A stretch of DNA of 64,000 nt, taken from Alphaproteobacteria bacterium. GTDB taxonomy: Bacteria; Pseudomonadota; Alphaproteobacteria; UBA828. This document shows positions 35,721 to 44,630 of this stretch, in pieces. The DNA lies in contig OZ243972.1 in NCBI GenBank assembly GCA_965214705.1, positions 1,152,001 through 1,216,000 of the forward strand, read 5' to 3'. The notes below the pieces were generated by a model. It saw only the letters and a list, made by a program, of their open reading frames with translations, was not told where the DNA came from and made no database searches. Numbering within the stretch: position 1 is the stretch's first letter; the number at the start of each line of letters is the position of its first letter. The position numbers and the translations under genes are program-made.

Positions 35721-37322
35721 ATGAGCCGGCGTCTTTCCAAGTGGTGGCTCCTTCTCGCGGTCTTGCTCACCGCCTGGGCAGGCTTGGCCGTTCCCGCGCT
35801 CGCCGACCGGCTGCAGGAAATTCAGGACCGCGGCCACGTGATCGTCGGCGTCAAGGAGGACTATGCGCCCTTCGGCTTCCGCGACGCAGAGGGAACGCTG
35901 GTTGGCTACGACGTGGACGTGGCGCGCGGCTTCGCAGAGGCCATCGGTGTCGACGTCGAGCTGGTGCCGGTGACCAGCGCCAATCGCCTGCAAAAGGTAG
36001 GCCGGGGCGAGATCGACATCGTCGCCGCCACCATGGGGGATACCCGCAGTCGCCGCGAGCTGGTCACCATGATCGAGCCGCAATACTACGGCGATGGCGC
36101 CAACGTGCTGCTGCGGGACAGCGCCAAGATCGGCACCTGGGCCGACCTGCGCGGCCAGACCGTTTGCGGGCTTCAGGGCTCGCTCTGGAACCGGCTGGCC
36201 AAGCAGCGGCTGCTGCTCGACGTGACAGCATTCAACAGCACCCGCGAAGCCGCCCAAGCGTTGCGCAACGAGCATTGCGTCGGCTGGATCTACGACGAGG
36301 TCCTCCTTCTCCACGAGATCGAGACCGGCGATTGGGAGGGCTATAGCGTCTCCCTGCCGACGCGCTTCGTGCTGCCCTGGGCCGTCGCTATCGCCAAGGA
36401 GGAGGGCGGTGGATCGCTCGATCAGATACTTGGCGACACGCTAGCGCAGTGGCATCGCGACGGCTTCCTGCAATCGCTGGAAAAGAAGTGGGGCCTGCCG
36501 CCTTCTCCGTTCATCCGAGACGCGCGCACCACCTGGCAAGAGGTCGACGAGGCCGGCGAGTTGAAATGCCAGCGCAACGAGCAGGGTCAGTGGCCGCTGG
36601 AATGCCGCGAGGTTGCTCTCGTCACCGGCAGCGGTATCGGCGGCCTCTCGGGCTTCTCGCTGACCATCATGGAGGTGACGGGTCTCGACATCAGCATTCT
36701 GTACGACCCGCTCGACCGAGACGTATTCCTTTATGGGCTGGGACTGACGGCGCTTCTGTCAGTGATCACGGTGGTTGGCAGCATCGTCCTCGGCGTGCTG
36801 TTCGGCTGGCTGATGCACCGGCGAGTGCCCGGCGTGAGCCACTTCCTGCGGGGGTTCAGCGAGTTCATGCGCATGACGCCCCCGCTGCTCCAGCTCTATA
36901 TCGTGTTCTTCGGCCTGGGCGGCGTCCTGCTGGCTCTCGGTTTCACCCTCGACGCCTTCCTTGTCGCCGCCGTGGTGCTGTCGCTCTACGCGGCGTCGAG
37001 CAATGCCATCGCGTTTTCGCTGGCGGCCGATGTTGCCGCTGCAGGCGGCCGCCGGCTCCGCCTCACGCCCAGGGACATTCAGCGGGGATTCGCGCTCTGC
37101 TACGCCGCGGTCATGGGCAACTCCGCCAACATCGTGAAAGCCACAGGGATGGCCAGTACCCTCGCGCTGCCCGAGCTCGTCCACGCCAGCACCTCCATCG
37201 TGGCCGAAAAGGGCAACGCCGACGTGATGATGAATCTGCTTCTGATCTGTTACTTCGTCCTGGTCATCATCACGGTCCAGCTCTTCCGGCGTTTCGAGCG
37301 GGGCAAGGCCGTCACGCGATGA
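35721..37322 (+). CDS. Fused amino-acid SBP (family 3) + HisM-like permease domain
   Basis: Signal peptide, GVKEDYAPFGF..GYDVD..VTSANR SBP domain; then GLGLTALLS, FMRMTPPLLQLYIVFFG, VKATGMASTLALPELV permease domain. Confidence 0.85.
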   Translation: MSRRLSKWWLLLAVLLTAWAGLAVPALADRLQEIQDRGHVIVGVKEDYAPFGFRDAEGTLVGYDVDVARGFAEAIGVDVELVPVTSANRLQKVGRGEIDIVAATMGDTRSRRELVTMIEPQYYGDGANVLLRDSAKIGTWADLRGQTVCGLQGSLWNRLAKQRLLLDVTAFNSTREAAQALRNEHCVGWIYDEVLLLHEIETGDWEGYSVSLPTRFVLPWAVAIAKEEGGGSLDQILGDTLAQWHRDGFLQSLEKKWGLPPSPFIRDARTTWQEVDEAGELKCQRNEQGQWPLECREVALVTGSGIGGLSGFSLTIMEVTGLDISILYDPLDRDVFLYGLGLTALLSVITVVGSIVLGVLFGWLMHRRVPGVSHFLRGFSEFMRMTPPLLQLYIVFFGLGGVLLALGFTLDAFLVAAVVLSLYAASSNAIAFSLAADVAAAGGRRLRLTPRDIQRGFALCYAAVMGNSANIVKATGMASTLALPELVHASTSIVAEKGNADVMMNLLLICYFVLVIITVQLFRRFERGKAVTR

Positions 37323-37996
37323 CCGCGCAGGAGACCGTCGACGTCCTGTGGGCCTGGTCGCCCTACCTGGCGGAAGGATTTGGCTGGAACATCATTGTTT
37401 CCTTGGTTGCCATGGCCGTCGGTACCATCGTCGGCCTGGGGCTGGCGTTGCTGCGGGGTGGCGCCCACTGGAGTGTGAGGCATAGCGGCAGCGCGGTGAC
37501 GACGCTCGCGCGCAATGCGCCGACCTTCGTCATGTTGTTCTATCTCGCCTACATCATCCCCACCGAGTTCACTCTCTTCGGCGCCGCCGTGACATTCCCG
37601 GCGTGGATCAAGGCGTCGCTCGCGTTGGGCATCGCCGTCGCCGGTTACGTGTCCGACAACGCGCTCGCCGCCATACGGCATCTGCGCCGCCACGAGATCG
37701 CGGAGGCGCTGCTGTTCGTGCCGGCATGGACCAGCTACTTTCTGATCATCGTCATGGCCTCCAGCACCGCCTCGGTAATCGGTGTGCCCGAGCTCGTACG
37801 CCGCGCGGATACGGTGATCGGCGCGGTCGACAAGGTGGGGCTCGCGCTCTGGGTCTATCTTTGGGCCATGATCTGGTTCCTCGGGTTTAGCCTGCTGCTG
37901 ACCTTCGGCATGAACCGGCTGAGCGGCTATCTCAGGCGGCGCGCACACCACCCGGAGACGGAGACCACGGACCTCACTGGGAGTCCGCTGCCATGA
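37319..37996 (+). CDS. Polar amino-acid ABC-type permease (HisM-like, divergent)
   Basis: ATGA overlap with upstream gene; EGFGWNIIVSL, ARNAPTFVMLF, MASSTASVIGVPELV. Confidence 0.82.
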   Translation: MTAQETVDVLWAWSPYLAEGFGWNIIVSLVAMAVGTIVGLGLALLRGGAHWSVRHSGSAVTTLARNAPTFVMLFYLAYIIPTEFTLFGAAVTFPAWIKASLALGIAVAGYVSDNALAAIRHLRRHEIAEALLFVPAWTSYFLIIVMASSTASVIGVPELVRRADTVIGAVDKVGLALWVYLWAMIWFLGFSLLLTFGMNRLSGYLRRRAHHPETETTDLTGSPLP

Positions 37997-38051
37997 CGGC
38001 GTCCCCCGCCCGGCGTCGGCAGTCGCTGGGCACCGTTGCCGACCGCTCCCT

Positions 38052-40037
38052 GTGACCCTTTCCAGACGACTGATCATCACGGTCGCCGCGTCCGTCGGCG
38101 TCGCGATCATCGGCGTCTCGCTGGCGATGGGCTTGCTCGCGCGCGATGCCTTGATCGAGCAGGCCGAAGATCAGGCGCGGCTCGTCGCCGGGCTGATCGC
38201 GAGCGAAGCCAACCGTGCGGAGCACACCGCCGACGAGATCGACCGAATGATCGTCGGGCAGATGGAAGCGCAGGCGCTGGCCATCGCCCGCCATCTCGAT
38301 AACCGCGCGCATGGGACAGAAGACGAGGGCGCTCTCGGCATCTATTTCGCAAAGCTGACGGCGGACAGCGTTGTCGATGATGTCTGGCTGCTGGACGAAG
38401 CCGGTACGCCGCTGGTGCGCGCGGTCGAAGGCCTGAGCCAGAGCGATGCGCCGGATCTGGCGTCCGCCGGGATCGATCCCCGTGTCGTGGAGGCCTTAGT
38501 CTCGGGGCGGCGTTTTTCCGTCGCCTTCCAGTCGATGCCGCCGAAGGGGTTGGAAAAACCTATCAGGTACGTCGGCGTTCGCGCAGGCACTCGCGAGTCC
38601 GTGCTGGTCGGGACGCTGGCGGCGGACACCAGCGGTCCCGGCGAGGTCATCGGCATCGACGCGGCTCTGGACTCGCTGGCCGGGCGGGAAGCCGTCCAGG
38701 CGATCTGGGTGGTCAACGACTTGCTTCACCTCATCGGCATGGCCACCTTCGGGGGCAGAGGCGTCTCCGAAGCCGAGGCGGCGTTGTCGGCGGAGGACCA
38801 GGACCTTGCCACCCGCGCTCTCGGTATCGACGGCGCCGTCTCGTATCTCGGCGAGCATGCCCTCCATGTGGCGGCGCCGATCCTTGATCGCGGTGGGGTC
38901 GCCACGGGCGCCGCCGTAATCCACATGCAGCGAGACCATCTGGATCAGCTGTTCGCGGACCACATCAAGTACGGATTGATCGTGGCTGCGGCAGCCTTCG
39001 CCATCGGCTCGCTCATCGCGGCGTTCTCCGCGCGCCGTATCGTGCAGCCGGTCACCGCGTTGACCACGGCGGCAGCGGAGGTGGATACCGATACGCTCAG
39101 TTTCGCCCCGGAAACGCTGGACCCGGTGGCCGTTCGGCGGGACGAGCTCGGGACGCTGGTCCGCGTCTTTCAGAACATGGTGCGACAGGTCCAGGCGCGC
39201 GAGGAATACCTGGAAAGCATGGTGCGCGCCCGCACGCGCGAGCTGGAGGCATCGAACGCGCAGCTGGAAAAGGCCAAGCAGCGGATGGAATCCGAGCTCA
39301 TGATCGCGCACGCCTTGCAGGGAGCGATCCTACCCAAGACGCTGCCGGAGAGTTCGAGCTATTCGGGGCACGCGGTCATGACGCCTGCGCGCGAAATGGG
39401 CGGCGACTTCTACGACTTCTTCACCCTCGACGACGGTCGCCTCAGCGTGGTCATGGCGGACGTTTCCGGTAAGGGCGTGCCGGCCGCGTTCTTTATGGCG
39501 ATCGCGCGGACCGTCATGCGGGCCGCCGCGGCCCGGCATCCCACCCCGGGCCCATGCCTGGAGGAAGTCAACGACGCCATATGCGAGCAGAATCCCCAGG
39601 ACCTGTTCGTGACGCTCTTCTACGGCATCCTGAATCCCGAGACTGGAGAGTTCGTGTACGCCAACGCCGGGCACAACCCGCCCTACGTGGTTCAGCATCC
39701 TGGCGCAGTTTCGGCGTTGCCAATGACCGGGGGCATGGCTGTCGGTGTCATGCCCGGATTGCCCTATGCCGAGGACGCGGTAAATCTGGCTCCGGGAGAC
39801 ACGATGTTCCTCTACACCGACGGCATCACCGAGGCCATGAACGTGGACGACGAGGAGTTCACCGAGGCACGCCTGGAGGAGGTCTTGGCCGAAGGTCGCG
39901 ATCTGCCTGTCGATTCCATCCTTGAGAATGTCACCAGCGCGGTGGTTAACTTCGCTGCGGGAGCAGAGCAGTCCGACGACATCACCTGCATCGTGCTGCG
40001 CTATGACGGTACGGCAGATCACGGCGCCTCCGGCTGA
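38052..40037 (+). CDS. Membrane sensor PP2C (SpoIIE/RsbU-type) phosphatase with HAMP domain
   Basis: Two TM helices flanking a periplasmic domain; HAMP (PVTALT..RRDELGTL..FQNM); coiled coil; PAREMGGDFYD, MADVSGKG, NAGH, YTDGITE, SDDIT. Confidence 0.92.
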   Translation: MTLSRRLIITVAASVGVAIIGVSLAMGLLARDALIEQAEDQARLVAGLIASEANRAEHTADEIDRMIVGQMEAQALAIARHLDNRAHGTEDEGALGIYFAKLTADSVVDDVWLLDEAGTPLVRAVEGLSQSDAPDLASAGIDPRVVEALVSGRRFSVAFQSMPPKGLEKPIRYVGVRAGTRESVLVGTLAADTSGPGEVIGIDAALDSLAGREAVQAIWVVNDLLHLIGMATFGGRGVSEAEAALSAEDQDLATRALGIDGAVSYLGEHALHVAAPILDRGGVATGAAVIHMQRDHLDQLFADHIKYGLIVAAAAFAIGSLIAAFSARRIVQPVTALTTAAAEVDTDTLSFAPETLDPVAVRRDELGTLVRVFQNMVRQVQAREEYLESMVRARTRELEASNAQLEKAKQRMESELMIAHALQGAILPKTLPESSSYSGHAVMTPAREMGGDFYDFFTLDDGRLSVVMADVSGKGVPAAFFMAIARTVMRAAAARHPTPGPCLEEVNDAICEQNPQDLFVTLFYGILNPETGEFVYANAGHNPPYVVQHPGAVSALPMTGGMAVGVMPGLPYAEDAVNLAPGDTMFLYTDGITEAMNVDDEEFTEARLEEVLAEGRDLPVDSILENVTSAVVNFAAGAEQSDDITCIVLRYDGTADHGASG

Positions 40038-40156
40038 GGGCGACTGGTTGTGCCATCGCGCAGCAACGTATCAAATGAGCGAAGACCATCTGAGGGTGAA
40101 GAAATCGGTAGCGGAAATTGCTCTTCCACGCTGTCATAAGAGAACACGTGTAGTGT

Positions 40157-40181
40157 GGAACCAGCGCAAACGACGTCAGTT
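40157..40181 (+). promoter_or_regulatory. Candidate EcfG/RpoE2-type (general stress sigma) promoter
   Basis: GGAAC-N17-GTT, followed by a GGGAGG SD and an 11-codon ORF (40232-40267). Confidence 0.35.
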
Positions 40182-40700
40182 CGAGGTTTGGCGTCAAAAA
40201 TGAGTTTCCGAAGCGGCGAAACAGGGAGGCGATGATCATGAGCGGATACGAGAAAGTGCCCCCGTAAGAGCAGCTAAGGTGAAGGCGGCCGGCGATACCG
40301 AGGCGAAAGGGATCGTCGGCGGGACCAGGCAAGGGAGCCCAAATCACGCCAGCCGACGGAAGGAGAGTTCACGAACTCCACCGGCGGCCGAAGCCCCGGC
40401 GTTCCGTCGCGAAACCGCCGAGTTGGTCCGCTAGAACCGAAGCTGCACAGCCAATCCCACGCGTCCCAGCGGGCCCCTGAATTTTGCCAGAGGCCCGGGC
40501 GGGGCAGCTACAACAAGCCCGACCAGGCGAGATGGGTTCCCTGTCGCCTGGACGGGGCCAAACCTTACGGTCGAACGTTCGACGCCTCGACCTGGGACGG
40601 ATGGGAGGTATCGGTGGATCCACCCCGGCCCCTATCGGTGGGCCGGCACAGCGCGACTCAAACAATTTCGACGTTGCGGTCGCGCCCTTAGGGATAGGCC

Positions 40701-41645
40701 ATGCCCGTTACGTTGCGCCAGCTAAGATACTTTCAAGCACTGATCGAGCACGGCTCCTTCAGTCGCGCGGCAGAGAGCGTTCACGTCTCGCAACCGGCAC
40801 TCTCGCTCCAAATTCGCGAACTGGAGGCCTCGCTCGGCGGGCCGCTGGTCGAGCGCGAGAGCCGCGGCATCCTCCTCACCCCCCTCGGGCGGGAGGCGCA
40901 TGAGCAGACGCTCCGGATACTGGACGAAACGCTGCTTCTCGAAACCATGGGGCAGCGATTCGAAGCGGGTCCGCTCAGAGTCGCCGTTGGAGTCGTCTCT
41001 ACGCTCGCGCCCTACCTGCTTCCAGGAATGCTGAGCCATCTGCCCGACGCTTCACCCCGTATCGAAATCGACATCCTGGAAGCACCGGGTCAGGCCCTCG
41101 TGTCCGGGCTCCTCGCCGGACGTCTCGACGCCGCCATCGTCTCGCTTCCGCTGGGAATGCTGGAGCTGCCCGAGCGCGAGCTGTTCGAGGACCGCCTCGT
41201 GCTCGCCGGTCGCGCCGAGCGTCTCGCCTCGATTCGCCGCTCTCTCGGCGACGACTTGCGCCCGGAGGACTTGGCCCGCGCCGACATAGGACCGCTCCTT
41301 ACGCTCGGCGACGGTCATTGCCTGGCTGATCAGGTTCTGGGTGCCTGCCTGATGTGGCGCATGCAAGAGGTGCGCCGCGGAGCACAATCGCTCGCCACAC
41401 TGTCGCGGCTCGTCGCAAGCGGTGCGGGATTGACGCTCCTGCCTGAGACGGCCGCGCTCGCCGAGAGCACGGCCACCCCGGAGCTGAGTTTTCTCCGTTT
41501 CGCTGCGCCTGAGCCCCTGCGGCGGATCGGCCTCACCCATCGCGTCGCCGCTCACGGCCAACGCTGGATCGATCTGCTGGCCGAGGCTGCGACGAGAGCC
41601 GGTCAGGCTCTCACGGAGGAAGCACAGAAGGAAATCGGATCGTGA
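40701..41645 (+). CDS. oxyR: LysR-type regulator, OxyR-like
   Basis: LysR HTH (LRQLRYF..SFSRAAESVHVSQPALS); redox pair GHCLADQVLGAC (C-X8-C); SLATL..GAGLTLLP. Confidence 0.75.
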   Translation: MPVTLRQLRYFQALIEHGSFSRAAESVHVSQPALSLQIRELEASLGGPLVERESRGILLTPLGREAHEQTLRILDETLLLETMGQRFEAGPLRVAVGVVSTLAPYLLPGMLSHLPDASPRIEIDILEAPGQALVSGLLAGRLDAAIVSLPLGMLELPERELFEDRLVLAGRAERLASIRRSLGDDLRPEDLARADIGPLLTLGDGHCLADQVLGACLMWRMQEVRRGAQSLATLSRLVASGAGLTLLPETAALAESTATPELSFLRFAAPEPLRRIGLTHRVAAHGQRWIDLLAEAATRAGQALTEEAQKEIGS

Positions 41646-41681
41646 GCTTAGCCCGCGGAAGGGCGATTGGGCTTCAGGCAG

Positions 41682-42020
41682 TCACCCGTCGACGGAGGCG
41701 AGTGCTTCGTCTCGCGACGCGTGGACCGGGATGATGGTGTCGAAGCCGCTCGTCTCGAAGACGACCCGGACCTGATCCGAAAGCGAGTGCAGCGCGAACC
41801 GCGTGTCGCGATTCGAAAGGCTCTTGGCGATGTTGAGTATCGTGCGGAGACCCGCGCTGCCAATGTAGAGCAGCCTCTCGCAGTTCACGATGACCGCGCG
41901 ATCGCTGTCGGCGACCGCGGTTTCGATCGCCTCTCGGAACTCGAGCACGGTGGAGCCGTCAATGCGGCCTTCCACCCGCACCGATAGCACGCCGTCCTTC
42001 CGATCCATCGTTACGTCCAT
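41682..42020 (-). CDS. STAS-domain anti-sigma factor antagonist (SpoIIAA/RsbV-like)
   Basis: VEGRIDG, LYIGSAGLRTIL (phosphoacceptor Ser motif), VRVVFETSGFD; alternative start at 42032. Confidence 0.88.
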   Translation of the reverse strand: MDVTMDRKDGVLSVRVEGRIDGSTVLEFREAIETAVADSDRAVIVNCERLLYIGSAGLRTILNIAKSLSNRDTRFALHSLSDQVRVVFETSGFDTIIPVHASRDEALASVDG

Positions 42021-42102
42021 GGTGTGCTGCATCGCCACGAGCGCCCCTAGTGCGGCTCGACCCGCTTCCGCCTGGTGCGGCGTTCGCTTCGCTCGACCGG
42101 CG

Positions 42103-43407
42103 TCATACGACAGCGAGCCGCTCAAGCGCAGGCGGGCGCGGCCCTCCGGTCGCCCAGTCGAGCAGCTCGACCGTGTGCACCACCGGCAACGTGGTGTGCC
42201 CGGCGATCTGGACCATGCAGCCGATATTGCCTGCAGCCACGAGCGCGGCACCGGTGCCCTCGATCGCCGCTGCCTTGCGAGCGCCGAGTTCACCGGCCAA
42301 GTCGGGCTGAAGCATATTGTATGTGCCCGCCGAACCGCAGCAGAAATGCCCGTCCGGGACCGTTCGCACGGTAAAGCCGGCGGCGGCAAGGAGCGCTATC
42401 GGCTGTCGGTCGATCTTCTGGCCGTGCTGCAGCGAGCAGGCCGAGTGATAGGCGACGGGTGCATTCGTCGGCGGCGTCGCGGAGCCCGAGACGCCCAGTT
42501 CGTCGAGCACCTCGCTGACGTCGCGAGCGAGCCCTGCCACCTGCGCACCGGCTTCGGCGTGGGTCTCGTCGTCCTTGAGCAGGTGGCCAAAGTCCTTGAG
42601 CATCGTCCCGCAGCCGGACGCCGTGGCGACGATCGCATCGAGACCGCCCGGGGCTGCCTCGCGCGCGAATGAGGCCGCCGCACGTCCGGCTTGCGCGTGG
42701 CCCCGCTCCTCGTCTCCCAGATGGTGCGCAAGTGCGCCGCAACAGCCGGCGCCGCGCGGCACCACCACTTCGCAGCCGTGGCGGGTGAGCACGCGCACCG
42801 CCGCCTCGTTGATCTCCGGCGCCAGCACGCATTGCACGCAACCCGTGAGCAGCGCCACCCGCTTGCGCCGCTGCCCCTGGGCCGGGATGACCTGCGGTCG
42901 CTCGACCCAGCTCGGCCCGTACGACGGACGGCCCGCAAGCCTGAGCAGGGCGCCGAGCCTTCCACTGAAGAGCGGCGCCAGCAGCGCCGGCCCCCGTGCG
43001 GCGAGGAGCGCGAGACGCGCCAAACTAGGGCGGGGCAGCACAGCGCCAAGCAGGGTGCGAATCGCGCGCTCGACGAGCGGTCGTTCCCAGGTGCGCTCGA
43101 TGTGGCCGCGCGCATGGTCGACCAGATGCATGTAGTCGACTCCCGCCGGGCAGGTCGTCATGCACGAGAGGCAGGAGAGGCAGCGGTCGATGTGGCGGGT
43201 GACCGTGGCGTCAGCTGGCGCGTCCTGCTCCAGCATGTCCTTGATCAGGTAGATGCGCCCGCGCGGGCTGTCCCGCTCGTCGCCGAGCAGCGCATAGGTC
43301 GGGCAGGTGGCGAGGCAGAGTCCGCAATGGACGCAGGTGCGGAGCACCTCGTTGGCTTGCGCCAGTGCCGGGAGCGCCAGCTGGCTCTCGGAGAACTGGG
43401 TCTGCAT
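42103..43407 (-). CDS. glcF: Glycolate oxidase iron-sulfur subunit
   Basis: CVHCGLCLATCPTY, DSPRGRI, CLSCLSCMTTCP, CCG domains, CCGSAGTYN. Confidence 0.95.
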   Translation of the reverse strand: MQTQFSESQLALPALAQANEVLRTCVHCGLCLATCPTYALLGDERDSPRGRIYLIKDMLEQDAPADATVTRHIDRCLSCLSCMTTCPAGVDYMHLVDHARGHIERTWERPLVERAIRTLLGAVLPRPSLARLALLAARGPALLAPLFSGRLGALLRLAGRPSYGPSWVERPQVIPAQGQRRKRVALLTGCVQCVLAPEINEAAVRVLTRHGCEVVVPRGAGCCGALAHHLGDEERGHAQAGRAAASFAREAAPGGLDAIVATASGCGTMLKDFGHLLKDDETHAEAGAQVAGLARDVSEVLDELGVSGSATPPTNAPVAYHSACSLQHGQKIDRQPIALLAAAGFTVRTVPDGHFCCGSAGTYNMLQPDLAGELGARKAAAIEGTGAALVAAGNIGCMVQIAGHTTLPVVHTVELLDWATGGPRPPALERLAVV

Positions 43408-43412
43408 CGGCG

Positions 43413-44630
43413 CTAGATGCCCGCGTACATGCGCCCGGGATTGAGCACGCCTGCCGGGTCGAAGGCGCGTTTGATGCGCTCGGTCAGAGCCGCGAGGCCC
43501 GCCGCCTGGGGCTGGAATACCGCGCGCGCCGCCCGTGTCGGCGCATCGGCGCGGACCAGAGTCGCGTGCCCCCCCACTGCCGCAACGGCTTCGCGCACCG
43601 CGGCCTCGCCCGCATCCTCTGCCCCGTCGACCGCGAGCCAGACGAGCCCGCCGCCCCAGTCGAAGAGGGTACGCACGTCTGCCGCGTCCGCGACGCGGGT
43701 GGCTGCTGCTGCACCCGATGCCGGCGGCACCGAGAGGCGCCAGAGCGGCCCGCTGTCCCCGGCGAAGGCCCGGACGTCCCGAATTTCGCGCCAAAGCATC
43801 GCCGAGTTCTTCGAGTGAAGCTCCTCGACCGCGCCGAAGCGCCCGAGCAGCTCACGCAGCGCCTCGCAGCGCGCCTCGACCGAGGCGGGGAAGCCCTCGA
43901 CCCGGACCGCGCTGACCGAAGCGCCCGCCTCCGCGACGTAGGAGACCGCCGAGCGCGCCGCCGCCTCGGCCGGCATGTGGGCCGCGCCCGAGACCTCGTG
44001 CGCGCTAGAGAGTGCAGCCTCCAAGGCGTCCATCGCCGCGGCCGGTTCCAGCCCATAGACCAGGACCGTGCGCGTCCGCTCCGGCGTGGGCAGGACCTTG
44101 ACCGTCACCTCGTGCATGAGTGCGAGTGTGCCGTAGGAGCCCGCGAGCAACTTGCAGACATCGTAACCGGTCACGTTCTTGACCACGCGGCCGCCGGCCT
44201 TGAAGCGCTCGCCCCGCCCGCTTACCGCGTGCACGCCAAGAAAATGATCGCGCGCGGCACCCGCCTTGATCCGACGCGGGCCCGAGAGGTTGCAGGCCAG
44301 CGCGCCGCCGAGCGTCGCGCTGCCGTTCGTGCCCAACAGGGGCGCATAATCGGCGGGCTCGAACGCCAGCATCTGTCGTTCGGCCCTGATCGCGGCTTCA
44401 ATAGTGGTGAGCGGCGTCGCTGCCTTGGCCGTCAGCACCAGCTCGGAGGGCTGATAGTCGACGATGCCGTCGAACGCGGCGAGCGAGAGGGTGGCCGCGC
44501 TCTGCACCGGCCGGCCAAAGTCCCGCTTGGAGCCGCCGGCGATGACCTCAAGCGGTTGTTCGCCTGCAACCGCCCAGCGCACGGCATCCGCGAGGCCGTC
44601 CGCGTCCGTCGGCGCCAGATTGTCGGACAT
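43413..44630 (-). CDS. glcE: Glycolate oxidase FAD-binding subunit GlcE
   Basis: YQPSELV, SGPRRIKAGAARD, GGRVVKNVTGYD, FDPAGVLNPGR. Confidence 0.93.
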   Translation of the reverse strand: MSDNLAPTDADGLADAVRWAVAGEQPLEVIAGGSKRDFGRPVQSAATLSLAAFDGIVDYQPSELVLTAKAATPLTTIEAAIRAERQMLAFEPADYAPLLGTNGSATLGGALACNLSGPRRIKAGAARDHFLGVHAVSGRGERFKAGGRVVKNVTGYDVCKLLAGSYGTLALMHEVTVKVLPTPERTRTVLVYGLEPAAAMDALEAALSSAHEVSGAAHMPAEAAARSAVSYVAEAGASVSAVRVEGFPASVEARCEALRELLGRFGAVEELHSKNSAMLWREIRDVRAFAGDSGPLWRLSVPPASGAAAATRVADAADVRTLFDWGGGLVWLAVDGAEDAGEAAVREAVAAVGGHATLVRADAPTRAARAVFQPQAAGLAALTERIKRAFDPAGVLNPGRMYAGI

